Below, piece after piece: positions 1 through 12,704 of a DNA stretch of 55,613 bases. The stretch spans positions 9,436,466 through 9,492,078 of the forward strand of contig NC_057720.1 of the NCBI RefSeq assembly GCF_004010195.1. The letters run 5' to 3'. Under the pieces are notes generated by a model. That model made no database searches. It had not been told where the DNA came from and saw only the letters and a program-made list of their open reading frames with translations. A program made the translations under genes and the position numbers. The DNA is from Chiloscyllium plagiosum (taxonomy: Eukaryota). Position 1 is the stretch's first letter. Each line of letters begins with the position of its first letter.

Positions 1-198
1 GGCCTATCACCCTCACCTTAACCTCCTTCCACCTATCGCATTCCCAACGTCCCTCCCACAAGTCCCTCCTCCCTACCTTTTATCTTAGCCAGCTTGGCAC
101 ACCTTCCTCATTCCTGAAGAAGGGCTTATGCCCGAAACGTCGATTCTCCTGCTCCTTGGATGCTGCATGACCTGCTGCACTTTTCCAGCAACACATTT
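1..198 (+). mobile_element. Penelope-like element pseudo-LTR / 3' end fragment (truncated by window start)
   Basis: Pyrimidine-rich segment followed by CTGAAGA-AGGGCTTATGCCC-GAAACGTC and the tail 'gattctcctgctccttggatgctgc...ttttccagcaacacattt'. Near reverse complement of 55407-55613. The same tail follows the GIY-YIG C-terminal coding sequence at 3117-3340. Confidence 0.8.
111..144 (+). ncRNA. Minimal hammerhead ribozyme motif (family A)
   Basis: CUGAAGA at 114-120, stem II GGGC/UUAU/GCCC, GAAA at 134-137, palindromic ACGU in place of stem III, predicted cleavage after GUC (141). Stem I is weak. Confidence 0.7.
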
Positions 199-789
199 CC
201 AACCCCGCATTCAGCCCTTCTTGTCTGCTCTGCCATTCTATATGATCATGGCTCATCATGCAACTCAGTCCCTGTTCCCACTTTCTCCCCATACCTTTAA
301 CCCTAAGAACAAAACTTGACTCCTTTTTGAAAACACTCAAGGATTCCAATTTTTCTAAGTGAGGACATTTCTGCTCATCTCAGTCATAAGTGACCTACCC
401 TGTAACCTTAGACAGTGATACTCGGTTCAGGGCTGCCCTGTCAACAGGAACATTGTTCTTGTATTTACCCAGTCTCACTCTCATGCTGTATTTTCCTTTC
501 TTTATCAATCCCTTTATCCTCCTTTGCTGAAATCTCAGGTACTCCCAAAGTTGCTGTTTTTTGGACAACTTGCATGCTCCTTCCTTGGATCTAATACCGT
601 CCCTAATTTCCCTTGTTAGCCATTGATCGGCCACCTTTCCCATTTTATTTTATGTCAGACAGGAATAACTAGTTGTTGCAGTTCCTCCATGTGCTGTTTT
701 AATGATTGATCAATGCCTTCCATTGCTATTTTCCCAGCTTGCCACCTGCCACTTGCGGGAAAACAGGGTGATGAAGTGGTTGTGCCAAT

Positions 790-1795
790 GGACAATTTGG
801 CACCAGTGGGAATTCATCTTAGCTATGCAAATAAATGCCCAATGGACCAAGTAAGTCCTGCTAGAATTTTATCAGTTTCTATTAGATTCACCTTCATTCT
901 TCTAAATGCCATTGCATTTAGTCCTAACAGATTATACATCAGTCCTGTTATACCAGGAATTAGGCTGAAAAACCTGATGTGCACCTTCTCTATAGCAAGA
1001 ACATTATTGCTCACATAAGGACAGCAAAACTATACACAATGTTCCAGTTGTGATCTCACCAAGGCTCTATATAATTGCAGCAGGGGATCCCTGTTCCCTA
1101 CTCAAATTCTCTGGCTATGAAGGCCAACATACCATGTGTCTTCTTCACTGTCCACTGCACCTGCATGCTTACTCTCAGTAACTGGTGTAACGGTCTCATT
1201 GCACTTCCCCCATCCTCAATTTGTTGCCATTCAGATAATAATCTGCTTTCCTGGGGTTTTTTTTGAGACCAAAGTAGATAATCTCACATACATCTATATT
1301 ATACTTCATTGTACAGACATTTTCTCATGCATTTAACTTGTCCAAATCATGCTGAAGCATCTGCACAAACTCCATATCCACTGGCTCCCTGTTATCAATT
1401 CTACTGGTTGCATTCTCAAAAACTTCCAACAAATTTGACAAGGATGAACACTCTTTTCTGAATCCATACTGACTCTATCTCACTATGTTCCATGTTCTGA
1501 GCCATCTGTAATCAAACCTTTATTAATGGACTCTAGCATTTTTCCAATTCCCAACGTCAGCCTAAGCAGTCTATAACCTCCATTTTGTCCCTACCTCCTT
1601 TTTTTAAAATAGAGGAGTTACATTAACTACCCACCAATCTGTAGAAATTGTTCCAGATGCTATAGAATCTTGGAATATGATCACTAATGCATCCATTCTT
1701 TCCAGGTTAACTTCCTTATGTACTCTAGAATGTTGATTGTTAGTCCCTGGGGATTTGGCAATCTTTAATCCTGTCAATGTCCCCATACCATTTCC
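790..1795 (-). mobile_element. Decayed CR1-type LINE ORF2 fragments
   Basis: Minus-strand peptides such as 'KSPG...IIFQDSIASGTISTDWWVVNVTPLF' and 'LAIEKVHIRFFSLIPG...LGL' match CR1 ORF2 motifs seen more intact at 38148-39450. Confidence 0.75.
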
Positions 1796-1807
1796 CCACT
1801 GATTCTT

Positions 1808-1915
1808 GTACTGAGGTCAGGCAGGTGGACGTCATAAAATGAGTTCCCTGATTGGAGCTGTTAACCCAGTCCAATCAGAGAGTCCTGGTTGACAGATAAA
1901 AAGAGGAATGTAAGT
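1808..1915 (+). mobile_element. LTR 5' fragment related to the solo LTR at 27781-28574
   Basis: 'gagttccctgattggagctgttaacccagtcc...gacagataaaaagagg' resembles 'gtttcctgattggccattaacctggtcc...gacagatataaaaagg' at 28094-28156. Runs into low-quality sequence and the gap. Confidence 0.5.
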
Positions 1916-2007
1916 GTGGGGGTTTAAAAAAGATAAATGGGGGAAGCACTACCGCACTTAGGTGGTAGAAAAAAAATAAACGGGGGAAAACTGCCCTTTG
2001 ATGTGAA

Positions 2008-2507
2008 NNNNNNNNNNNNNNNNNNNNNNNNNNNNNNNNNNNNNNNNNNNNNNNNNNNNNNNNNNNNNNNNNNNNNNNNNNNNNNNNNNNNNNNNNNNNN
2101 NNNNNNNNNNNNNNNNNNNNNNNNNNNNNNNNNNNNNNNNNNNNNNNNNNNNNNNNNNNNNNNNNNNNNNNNNNNNNNNNNNNNNNNNNNNNNNNNNNNN
2201 NNNNNNNNNNNNNNNNNNNNNNNNNNNNNNNNNNNNNNNNNNNNNNNNNNNNNNNNNNNNNNNNNNNNNNNNNNNNNNNNNNNNNNNNNNNNNNNNNNNN
2301 NNNNNNNNNNNNNNNNNNNNNNNNNNNNNNNNNNNNNNNNNNNNNNNNNNNNNNNNNNNNNNNNNNNNNNNNNNNNNNNNNNNNNNNNNNNNNNNNNNNN
2401 NNNNNNNNNNNNNNNNNNNNNNNNNNNNNNNNNNNNNNNNNNNNNNNNNNNNNNNNNNNNNNNNNNNNNNNNNNNNNNNNNNNNNNNNNNNNNNNNNNNN
2501 NNNNNNN
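2008..2507. other. Assembly gap (500 N)
   Basis: Run of N. Confidence 1.
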
Positions 2508-2648
2508 AAGTAGTGACAGAGGACAATATTGTCACAGACATAGGCACTGTCCTTAACATCCATGAGCGGGGTCTCCAAAGATTCTGTTGCTCAGTGCTGG
2601 GATTAAAACATTTCCTGATGGCTGAAGGCAAGCTTAGAGTGGAAGGGC

Positions 2649-2856
2649 AAAAGTGAGGACTGCAGATGCTGGATACCAGAGTCTAGATTAGAGTGGTACC
2701 GGAAAAGCACAGCAGGTCAGGCAGCATCTGAGGAGCAGGAAAATCGACGTTTCAGACGTTTTGGGATGAAGGGCTTTTGCCCGAAACGTCGATTCTCCTG
2801 CTCCTCGGATGCTGCCTGACCTGCTGTGCTTTTCCAACACCGCTCTGATCTAAACT
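2649..2856. mobile_element. Short fold-back PLE-derived element (family A)
   Basis: Arms 'gaaaagcacagcaggtcaggcagcatc...gaaaatcgacgtttc' and 'gaaacgtcgattctcctg...gatgctgcctgacctgctgtgcttttcc' are inverted repeats around a partial hammerhead core. Confidence 0.8.
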
Positions 2857-3116
2857 TAGAGTGGAAGGGGACAATTCCTGTTGTCATGGTCCATGTCAGA
2901 ACCAATGGCAGATGCAGGACGTGTAGTAATGTTCAGCTGAGAAATTTTTGACAATGCAGGATCAAAAGTAAACTGCACAGCATCCAAGGTGCTCATCTTT
3001 GGATTGTTATCTGAGGCTCATTCCATTTGGTATTGGCCGGTATTAAATGTGATGTTCATAGAATGGTGTGGAAAGGAGTTCCAATTCATGGGGCCCTGCC
3101 AACAGAAACAGGGCTG

Positions 3117-3340
3117 TGAACGCCTCATCTTCCGCCTTGGGACCCTGCAACTACACCAGATTCATGTGGATTTCACCAATTCCCCACTTCCCCTCCCCCA
3201 CCTTATCCCAGTCCCAAGCCTCCAACCCCGATGAAGGCCTTTTGCCCGAAACGTCAATTTTCCTGCTCATCGGATGCTGCCTGACCAGCACCACACTCTC
3301 AACTTTGTTCTCCAGCATCTGCAGTCCTTACTTTCTCCAA
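3117..3340 (+). mobile_element. Penelope-like GIY-YIG endonuclease C-terminus plus tail
   Basis: Peptide 'ERLIFRLGTLQLHQIHVDFTNSP' (cf. 'EEQHLIF' near 51900), followed by a degenerate hammerhead core and the family A tail. Confidence 0.75.
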
Positions 3341-3424
3341 CTTCAAATTGAACACGAGTTTGGTGAGCATTTGCTCAGTAAAAGCATAGTTTCAGCCAAT
3401 TTGACAACCAGCATAGATTCTTAC

Positions 3425-3538
3425 TTGATTGCCATACTTCAGCATCTTTTAACATTTGCTCTTTTGACAATGTCTCAGTGTTGATTTGGTCAAGATTGAG
3501 AGGTACAGGATGTTTGAAGGTATACTTGGTGTTTGTCT
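3425..3538 (-). CDS. Candidate exon of unidentified minus-strand gene (114 nt, phase 1-1; TNTKYTFKHPVPLNLDQINTETLSKEQMLKDAEVWQS)
   Basis: Acceptor 'tgcttttcctatgatttaacag', donor 'gtaaga'. Only one open frame. Lies in non-repetitive sequence. Confidence 0.5.
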
Positions 3539-3984
3539 CTGTTAAATCATAGGAAAAGCAGAATTCCTTTTTTAAAGAGTATTTCTGAAATTTATTTTTT
3601 TTTGAGCAGCCATAGACTTCAAGGGTTATTCTCTGCTTCATTGGTAACGTGAAGTGGATATACTGGGTTAATGAGTTAAAATGGAGAATATCAGGGGCTC
3701 ATGAAGAGGTCCTGGGGTACATTGTGTTTCAAAAGGTTCCTGACCCCAGACTGACTCCTCTCAGGATTTGTGACCCCTGAGTCAAGGGAAAGTTGGCCAA
3801 ACCCCATGAAAATTGTCGGGGGTTCTGAGATGCTCTCCCTTGCAATACAGTTAGCACGGTTGGAATGGAAGGGTACAAGCTTGCTTCCTGTACCTTATCC
3901 TGCACTGATGAATCTTGTGATCATTCGGAGTGGGTTAGGAATTTGTTTTATTCAATCATCATATGTAGGCCCTCCTAGCTGGAC

Positions 3985-4495
3985 CAACACTATTGCCCAG
4001 TGCTAGTTGCCCTTGAGAATGTGGCAGTCAACTGCCTTCTCAAAATGTTCACTTCTGGGGCATCCACATCCCAGTGAAGGAACGGTGATATATTTCCAAG
4101 CCAGGATGGTGAGTTGCTTAGATAGGAACTTGCAGGCAGTGGTGTCCCCAGGCGTCTGCTGCCCTTGTCCTTCCAGATGGTAATGCTCATGGGTTTGGAA
4201 GATGCTTTCTAAGGACCACTGATGTGAGGCTACCATACATCTTATAGATAGTACACATTGATGCTACTGACTGTCAGTGGTGGAGAGCGTGGATATTTGT
4301 GAATGTGGTGCCAATCAAGTGACTGCTTTGTCCTGGATGGTGTCAAGCTTCTTGAGTGTTATTGGAGCTACACCCAACTAGGCAAGTAAGGAGTATTCCA
4401 TCCCATCCTGACTTGGGACATGCAGATGGTGGACAGGCTTTGGGGCGTCAGGAGGTGAGGTACTCACCACACGATTCCTAGCATATGACCTGCTG
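3985..4495 (-). mobile_element. Non-LTR retrotransposon 3' region (CR1/L2-group or RTE-X-like; clade uncertain)
   Basis: Minus strand encodes 'NIHALHH...CTIYKM...RTRAA'-like ORF C-terminus. The same 3' sequence occurs on + at 47150-47457 and as the tail of the SINEs at 10315 and 26870. Confidence 0.65.
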
Positions 4496-4581
4496 GTTTT
4501 AAGGAGCTTTAGATCTTTCCTGACAGCGGTTACCTTGGTTTCTAATGGTCAGTGAAGGTTCCCAGACATTTTCAACTCTTC

Positions 4582-5025
4582 AGTGGCACAGTGGCTCGCA
4601 CTGCTGCCTCACAGTGCCAGGGACCAGGGTTTGATTCCCACCTCTGGTGACTGTGTGGAGTTTGCACATACTTCCTGTGTCTGTGTGGGTTTCCTCCCAC
4701 AATCTAAAGATGTGCAAGCCAGGTGAATTGGCCATACTAAATTGTCCATAGTGTTAGGTGCATTAGTCAGGGATAGATATAAGGTAGGGGAAGGGGTCTG
4801 GGTGGGTTGCTCTTTTGCAGGTCAGTGTGGACTTGTTGGGCCATAGGGAATCTGATTTAGCTTGGCCAGTCCATCTAAACTGCACATCTTTGGGAGGAAA
4901 CTAGAGCAGGCCGAGATGGGGAGAACATGCAAACTCCACACACACATACATCCAAGGCTGGAATTGAACCCAGATCCCTAGTGCTGTTAGGCAGCAATGC
5001 TAACCACTGAGCCACTGTGTTGTCC
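4582..5025. mobile_element. Two HE1-like V-SINE copies in tail-to-tail orientation (+ 4582-4858, - 4859-5025)
   Basis: tRNA-like head with A box (tggcacagtgg) and B box (ggtttgattcc), central 'gtttgcacat...gggtttcctcccac...aaagatgtgc' domain, CR1-like tail. Confidence 0.85.
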
Positions 5026-5444
5026 CACATTACTAGGTACATGTTATTTAGTTAACTTGGCATCATTAAGGTAATTGTAAGGGTTGTTGCAAAAGAATAG
5101 CAGTCTCTCTACTTCTAGGCCATAAGGCCTGGGTTCAAGTTTCCACAAGTGTGCTGGAATGTTGGCGTGAACAGTTGATTAAAAATATCCATGAAGACAA
5201 TTTGGAGATATGTATAGTTCCTTTATCCCCTTTGAGACCCCGAGCTATTCTCCTGATTTCCCAAGACTTTCTGATATAATCAGATGAGCGCAGTCTCCAA
5301 TATTAACCCTTTCTGACCTACTAACTTATTAAAGTGACAAGCTCAATATTCATCTTTCTGTCAATATCTCGAGAATAGACTGTACTGTCTTCACTATCTG
5401 AGGATTAACTTTGAGCTGGACACAGTGTTTCCTGATGAGGTCAC

Positions 5445-5531
5445 CTGGTCTGTGTATCCAGCCTGGGTGATGTACTTGAGGGAACTGAAGAGCAGTCTTT
5501 TGCAATGAAGCAGACAGCAAGTGATTGTCTC
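5445..5531 (-). CDS. Candidate exon (87 nt, phase 1-1; GDNHLLSASLQKTALQFPQVHHPGWIHRP)
   Basis: Acceptor 'tttcatggcacttcag', donor 'CAG|gtgacc'. Phase-compatible with the neighbouring candidates. Confidence 0.45.
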
Positions 5532-6044
5532 CTGAAGTGCCATGAAATATACTGTGATACTCAAAATATCACAAGCTCCAATGTGGATAACTCGACAGGG
5601 TTCCCACAAAAAAACAAACACCTGCCCGTGACTCTTTAACATCCGTTTAAGTGGCAAATCATTCAATTAGTCACAGGCAATATAAAGGGATTGGTTCTGA
5701 TTGCAGCAACTTGGGCTTTGTCATCACACTGCCCTCAGCTGGTCACTGCAGAGTTTGCAATCAGAAATCCCCTTCTGTCCACAGCAATGATGCTTCAAGG
5801 AAGGTTGAAGAAAGATAGTTGAAATTGTGAAGGCACTCAGTGGGGTAAGTGATCAGTAACCAAAGGCACCAGTCTACAATAACTGGCAAGACTGAAGGGG
5901 AGATCATTTCTCTTCTGGGGCAGCATGTTTACAGAATTACAGAATTGTTACAGTAAATGAGGAGGCCATTCTGCCTATTGAGCTTGCACTAGAGCTATTG
6001 CTCAGTGCCAATCTCCTGCCTTATCACAATATCTCTGACAACCA

Positions 6045-6890
6045 TTTCTGCCTTCATTGGTCAACACATTGAGTATAGGGGTTGGGAGGTCATATTGCAG
6101 GTGTACTGGACATTGGTTAGGCCACTTTTGGAATACTGTGTTCAATTTTGGTCTCCCCCTGTAAGAAACATCAGGAGTCACGCAACACCAGGTTATAGTC
6201 CAACAGGTCTACTTGAAATCACAAGGTATTGGAGTGCTGCTCCTTTGTCAAGTAAAGGGACTTCACCTGACAAAGGAACTGTGCTCTGAAAACATGGATT
6301 TCAAGTAAACCTGTTGGACTATAATCTGGTGTGATGTGACTTCTGACTTTGTCCACCTCAGTCCAACACCATTACCTCCACATTATACTATAGGAAGGAT
6401 ATTGTGAAATCTGAAAGTTTCAGAAAGGTTTTACAAGGATGTTGCCAGGGTCAGAGGGCTTGAGCTATAGGGAGAGGCTGAATACGTTAAGGTTATTTTC
6501 ACTGGAGTGTCGGAGGCTGAGGGATGACCTTGTAAAGATTTATAAAATCATCAGGGGCATGGATAGAGTAAATAGACATGGTCTTTTCCTTGGGATGGGG
6601 GAGTCCAGAACTAGAGGGTCTACGTTTAAGGTGGTCGGGGAAAGAAGTAAAAGGGACCTAAGGGGTGACTTTTTCACAGAGAGGGTGCTGCATGTATGGG
6701 ATGAGCTGCCAGAGGAAGTGGTGGAGGCTGATACAATTACAGCATTTAAAAAGCATCTGAATGGGTACATGAATAGGAAGGGTTTAGAGGGATATGGGCC
6801 AAGTGGGACTAGATTTATTTAAGATACCTGGTCGGCATGGACGAGTTGGACTGAAGGGGCTTTTTCCATGCTGTATATCTCTGACTCTAA
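6045..6890 (+). mobile_element. CR1/HER1-like LINE 3' portion interrupted by a fold-back element (about 6160-6385)
   Basis: 'LVRPLLEYCVQFWSP' resumes after the insertion as 'MLPG..LSYRERLN.LRLFSLECRRLRGDL'-like sequence and ends in the CR1 3' UTR. Confidence 0.9.
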
Positions 6891-6894
6891 TTAG

Positions 6895-7410
6895 TCATTC
6901 AACATTCTCTTGAAAGCCTCAGTTGAACCTCTCTCCATTATACTTCCAGGCAGTGCATTCCATACCTTAATAATTCACTGTATGATTTTTTTTTTCCTAA
7001 TATCACCCTTACTTTGTTTGTATACCATCTAAAATTATCTTTTCCAAGCAGGAACCGCTTCACCCAACCCACTGTGTCCAGCCTGTTCTTAATTTTAAAT
7101 ACCTCTATCTGGTCTCCTCTCAGCCGCCTTCTCTCCAAAGAGAACAGTCCCAACTTCTTCCATCTATCCTCAAGGCTCATTCCTAGAACCATTCTTATAA
7201 ATTGCCACTGCACCCTCTCCAACCATTCATGTCTTTCAAAAGTGCGCACACTACTCCAGCTGAAGGCTAGCAAGTGTCTTGTACAAGGTCAGCATCACCT
7301 CCTCGATCTTGTACTCTTGGCCTTTATTAATAAAGACAAGAACACTGGTGTTGATTAACTGCTCTCCACCTATCCTGCCTCCTTCAATGTTCGATATCCA
7401 CATACAAAGG
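6895..7410 (-). mobile_element. Older CR1 3' fragment
   Basis: ORF 6938..7273 'LERVQ..FIRM...LGLFSLERRRLRGDQIEVFKI'. Confidence 0.8.
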
Positions 7411-7779
7411 TTTTGTGATTGAGAAGAACTGTGGATCATCATGGATGGTCAATAAATGATGGCCGAGCCAGTGATGCCCAAGTCACAGGAAGGGACACAA
7501 CAAAATCTTCCAAGGCACACACCAAGCTAACTTAGACCCACGTTGATGTTCTTTAATGTAGCTGATCACTGGAAGTCCCTCCCTTCCAGTATTGTGGGTG
7601 ACCACATCACAGGAACTGCAAAGGTTTAAGAGTGTCAACTCATTCCCCAACTTCTCAAGAGCGATTCACAATGGCCAACAAAATGCCCTCATGAGATGAA
7701 TACATTTTAAAGAAGCTACACAAAAACTGGCAGATTAATTTTTAAATTCAACACTCATTATTTTACCTTTAACTGAGTA

Positions 7780-8231
7780 TCATAGAATCCCTACAGTGTG
7801 GAAGCAGACCATTCAGCCCAAACTGACCCTCTGAAGAGTGTCCTACCCAGACCCTTCCCATCATTGTAACCTTGTATTGTCCATAGGCAAATGTCCTTCC
7901 TGATGAAGGGCTTTTGCCCGAAACGTTGATTTTCCTGGTCCTCGGATGCTGCCTGACCTGCTGTGCTTGTCCAGCCCCACTCTGATCTAAACCCTGTATT
8001 TCCCATGGCTATTCCACCCAGCCTGCACATCCCCGAACACTATGAACAATTTAGCATTGCCATTCCACCTCAATCTGCACATCTTTGGACTGCAGGAGGA
8101 AACCAGAGAACCCAGAGGAAACCTGCACAGAAATAGGGAGAATGAGTAAGCTCCACACGGTCACACAAGGGTGGAATCAAACTTGAATCCCTGGTGCCGT
8201 GAGACAGTAGTGCTAACCACTGAGCCACCCC
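7780..8231 (-). mobile_element. HE1-like SINE containing a PLE-tail insertion with a hammerhead core at 7900-7927 (+)
   Basis: SINE head and body on minus strand. Inserted 'ctgatgaagggcttttgcccgaaacgttgat...' segment at about 7896-7990. Confidence 0.8.
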
Positions 8232-8553
8232 ACAACGTTTTGATTTCAGGCATCTTGCTGGTAATTTCTTTGCATATTAACCTGGGCCCAGCATTACTTA
8301 GATGCACACGGCCTGAGTTGAACTCTTGATAGATTGCCTTCTCATGTGTGGGATGTATCTTACTGGATCCTTTGTCACTCATTTATTTCAACAGGCACAT
8401 TGCTATCAGGTTTGGAGGATGGTGCCTGGTCCTTTATCTTCTTGCCATTGGTGGAACCCTGCTGTGTGCAAATTTCCCAGTTATGTTCCCTTCTATTCAA
8501 CAGCAACCAAGCTTCAAACAATGTGTTGCTCACTGTGAAGCTCCTTGATGTAC

Positions 8554-8602
8554 CTTCAGCTTGTGAAAAGCTCTGCAGAAAAGCAATTTCTTTCTTCTTC
8601 AT
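8554..8602 (-). CDS. Candidate exon (49 nt, phase 0-1; MKKKEIAFLQSFSQAE)
   Basis: Strong acceptor 'ttttgtattttgttccacag', donor 'AAG|gtacat'. Only one open frame. Confidence 0.5.
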
Positions 8603-8811
8603 CTGTGGAACAAAATACAAAATTATTTTAAAGCCTAGTTGATGAAATATCCCAGTTTTTAAGGTCAAATCCCATGGGCATTATCATGTTGTATTGATCA
8701 ATATATGCGAAAATATATTCTTCGGAAAGTGTATTTTGAACAGGAGAGAAATGGATGACATATATATATATATATATATTTACAAAATAGGAGCAGGGTG
8801 GGCTGTGCAGT

Positions 8812-9095
8812 CAGAGTCATACAGCATGGGAACAGGCCCTTCGGTCCAACCAGTCCATGCCGACCATAATTCCAAACTAATCTAGTCCCAACTGCCTGTG
8901 CTTGGCCCATATCCCTCAAAAGATTTCTTATTCATGTACTTACTTAAATGCCTTTTAAATGGTGTAACTCTAGCCATATCCACCACTTCCTCTGGAAACT
9001 CATTCCACACACGAACCACTCTCTGTACAAAAACATTGCCCTGCATGCCTTTTTTCAATCTTTCGTCTCTCACCTTAAAAGTATGACCCCTAAAC
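8812..9095 (-). mobile_element. CR1 3' end
   Basis: 'FVQRVVRVWNEFPEEVV' plus CR1 3' UTR. Confidence 0.85.
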
Positions 9096-9369
9096 CTTTG
9101 AACGTATTCTGCCATTCCATAGTGACCTCCTTGTATTTTGAATACCATATTCTCATCTATCCCCTTTAGTCCCTAAATCCACTATTAATGAGAACCTACC
9201 TGCCTCTTCCTTCCTAATATTCGATGACCCAAACATTGCCTTCTGATGCACAGAGTCCCAAAGATTTTTTGAGGGTAAGTAAATTCTCCTCATCTCTGTC
9301 CTAACTTTAAACAGTGTCACATGGTGATAGACATTCCTGAAGAGAAGAATCAAAGACCCTCCATCTTAC

Positions 9370-9405
9370 CAGCTTTAGGCCAGTCAGTATCTGGAGTCTG
9401 CTCCA
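9370..9405 (-). CDS. Candidate micro-exon (36 nt; WSRLQILTGLKL if phase 0)
   Basis: Acceptor 'tgcctttattctatacgtgtag', donor 'CTG|gtaaga'. Frame-preserving. Confidence 0.4.
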
Positions 9406-9589
9406 CTACACGTATAGAATAAAGGCAATCAATATATTAACTCTGTTTATCCATCAGAGCACTTTATCCTTCAATAATCACACATGCCAAGACTCAATTG
9501 ATTTAGAGCAACATCTGCAATCTTTCGAGGGAAAGAGTGCTCTGAATCTCTGTACAAAAGTGTCATCCCTTCTCTCGGAAGGATATTAT

Positions 9590-10235
9590 TCAGCTTGAGA
9601 GGGTTGAGAAAGGATTTATTAGGGTGTTGCCAGTAATGGAAGGTTTGAGTTATAAGGAGAAGCTGGAAAGGCTGGGACTTTTTTCATGGGAGCGGTTTTT
9701 GTGTTCAGCACCAAGCCATCAGTGGTCTGCAGTCCCTAACTTTAGCGAGGTGCTTTTCAGGGTTGTATGGTGGCTCAGTGGTTAGTGCAACTGCTTCTCA
9801 ACACTGGGGTACCAGGGTTCAATCCCAGCCTTGGGTTAGCGTCTGCCTGCTCCCTTTGTAAGAGATCGACCTTATAGAAGTTTCTAAAATCACGAAGGGA
9901 TATAGATAAGGTGAATGGTAGGTGTTTTTTTTCCCTTGGTTGGGGGATCTCAAGACGAGAGGGTATATTTTTAAGGTGAAAGGAGAAAGATTTAAAAGAA
10001 AATGAGGGGCAATTTTTTTACACAAAGAGTGGTTCGTCTGTGGAATGAACTTTGAGAGGAAGTGAGGTGGATGCGGGTACAGTTACAACATTTAAGACAT
10101 TTGGCTAATTATGTTTAAAGAAATGTTTGGAGGGATATTGACCAAATGCAGGCAGGCAGGACTAGTTTAGTTTGGGATTATGGTCACCATAGACTGGTTG
10201 GATGGATGGTCTATTTCTGTGCTTTATGACTCTAT
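9590..10235 (+). mobile_element. CR1 3' fragment interrupted by SINE/PLE pieces (about 9695-9865)
   Basis: CR1 C-terminal coding motifs and 3' UTR. Confidence 0.75.
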
Positions 10236-10314
10236 TAGTCTACTCCCATCAGAAATGGCCTGGCTCTCTTTTTCCAACCGTGTCTCCTGGCTTTCAATCC
10301 ATCCACGAAATGAA

Positions 10315-10660
10315 AAAGTTTCACTGTACCTCATAATCCAGAGGATCAGGTTAAAACTCTCAGAACACGAGTTAAAATCTCACCACAGCAACCACTAGGT
10401 TTGAAATTCAATGAACAAATCTGGAATTTAATAAAACACTAGTGTCAGTAATAGGGGCCCATGTAACCTGGGTCACTAATCTCTTTTCGGGAAAGTAATT
10501 GCTAGGCTTCCCTGGTGACCTACATGAGATTCTAGGTCCACAGTGATGTGACTGACTCCAAACTGCCATGTAAACTGACTGAGAAAGCTGCTCAGTTCAT
10601 GGGAAATCCAGCAAATGTCAGTTTTGCCAGTGAAGCCCACAACCCCCGAAACACAAGACA
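10315..10660 (+). mobile_element. Second tRNA-derived SINE family (DeuSINE/SacSINE1-like, tentative name)
   Basis: Shares 'aaatctggaat...ggttcactaat...cctacatgagattc...cacagtgatgtg' with copies at 26870-27210 (+) and 53925-54410 (-). Confidence 0.65.
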
Positions 10661-10804
10661 ATACCATGAAAGATGACCAAAAGCTGTGTTTTGAGGAGCA
10701 TTTTAAAGAATGAGTGGGTATGAATCATAGAATTGCTACAGTGTTGAAACAAGCCATTTAGTCCAGACTGGAGACAAACCCCTCCCTGTTCTCTAGATTA
10801 AGTC

Positions 10805-11975
10805 AGATTTAGATTACTTACAGTGCGGAAACAGGCCCTTCAGCCCAACAAGTCCACACCGACCCTCCGAAGAGCAACCCACCCGGACCCATTCCCCTAC
10901 ATTTACCCCTTCACCTAACACTACGGGCAATTTAACATGTCCAATTCACCTAACCTGTACATTTTTGGACAATGGAAGGAAACTGGAGCACCCGGAGGAA
11001 ACCCACACAGACACGGGGAGAATGTGCAAACTGCACACAGACCGTTGCCTGAGGTGGGTTTTGCACCCGGGTCTCTGGCACTGTGAGGCAGCAGTGCTAA
11101 CCACTGTGCCACCATGCCTCTGTGCCTCTAACACTGCACTCCCACCTAGCTGACACACTTTAGCACAGCCAATCCACCAAACCTGCACATCTTTGGATTG
11201 TGGGAGGAAACCCACGCAGACGCAAAAAGAACACAAAAGCTCCATACAGACAGTCACCCAAAGTTGGAATTGAACCCAGGTCCCAGGCACTACGAAGCAG
11301 CAGTGCTAACCACTGAGCCAACATGCAACCCTGAAGGAGGGTTTTGCCAAAGTTAGGGACTATAGGCCACTGATGGCATGGTGCTGAACACAAAACCCTA
11401 TGAACCGGGGGTGAGCACGAGGCCTGAATTAGAGAAGGGCACAGATTTGGAAGAGTCCTTGTTACACTTCAAACACCTCGATTAAATTCCTCCACAATCC
11501 TCTGGACTCAAAGGTATATTAACCGAGTTAAGTTTGAGCAGCTACAGCAGCCTGCTTCATGCAGATGTATGTGTGATACCAGGACACAGATTTCCCAGAG
11601 ATAAAAGGAGGTGAGGTTTAAGGCAGCTCACGTAGACCTGTATGATCAAGACAGAAGCGGAATCCAGCCAGGGACCATGGTTCGATTCCAGCCTCAGGCG
11701 CCTGTCTGTGTGAAGTTTGCACATTCTCCCCATGTCTGCGTGGGTTTCCTGCGGATGTTCTGGCTTCCTCACACAGTCCAAAGATGTGCAAGTCAGGTAG
11801 ATTGGCCATGAGGAATTGCTCATTGTGTTCAGGAATGTGAAGGTTAGGTGCATTAATCAGAGGTAAATGTAGAGTAATAGGGTAGGGGAATGGGTCTGCG
11901 TGAGTTACTCTTTGGAGGGTTGGTGTGGACTTGTTGGGCCGAATGGCCTGTTTCCGCACAGTAGGGATTCTATGT
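10805..11975. mobile_element. Cluster of three HE1-like SINEs (- 10805-11116, - 11160-11327, + 11670-11975)
   Basis: A/B boxes, V-domain-like core and (TTAGA)n-type tail. Confidence 0.9.
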
Positions 11976-12704
11976 ATAGGAATGGGTAGCACCTCTAAGC
12001 TGAACGTCCAACAGTCTGAGATTGCGGATGTTGAACACCATCCTCTCCAGAGCAAGGGAAGAGAGTGGGTTGATACACCGAATGTTCAAGGGGACAGGAT
12101 GGTGTAAGCTCCTCAAGTATTCACAAGGGTAAACACATAGGGCAGAATCTTATAGAGGGCTGAGCAACATCAGCTATGGCAGATTTTGTGGCAGAATCAG
12201 ATGATACGTCCGGCAAGGCTGACATTGACATTGGAAGCAATTTGCTGCATCTTTCATACAGTTAGATGAGTTTCTTCTTAAGCAATGGTGAGTGATCAGT
12301 TAAAGGGGCATCGTTGTTTGTTAAACACTATATCAACGGCACACATGTCCCACCAGTATTCAGCTTCTGATCTCACCAAACAAGCTCAATGTCAGGAATC
12401 CTCAATGCAGCTCCCTGGTGACTTCAGCTCACCACTGACTGAGAGGAACTTCCATGTTGCTCAGGTCCAAAGAGCATCTCAGGACAATTTCAATGGTCAC
12501 CAGCCTCATGCCCCCTTCATCTACAGAAACTGGCATCTGACATTTGCCAACATCCTCCATCCGATCCACATTCAGATCCACATTCAGAAACTCAGACTTT
12601 CATTGGAGTGACCTTCGGAAACCAGCATAAAGAGCATTTTATACACGGGTACAGGGACGCAGCTCAAGGCATGGACCAGGCTGTGTCTCAGAGTTGCTCA
12701 CTTC

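Noticed and set aside
1924..2656. Long ORFs (206-239 aa) in the ORF track
   Set aside because: They are artefacts of reading through the N gap. The same applies to 39473-40001.
10805..11975. tRNA genes suggested by A/B boxes
   Set aside because: They are heads of HE1-like SINEs that continue into the SINE core and CR1-like tail.
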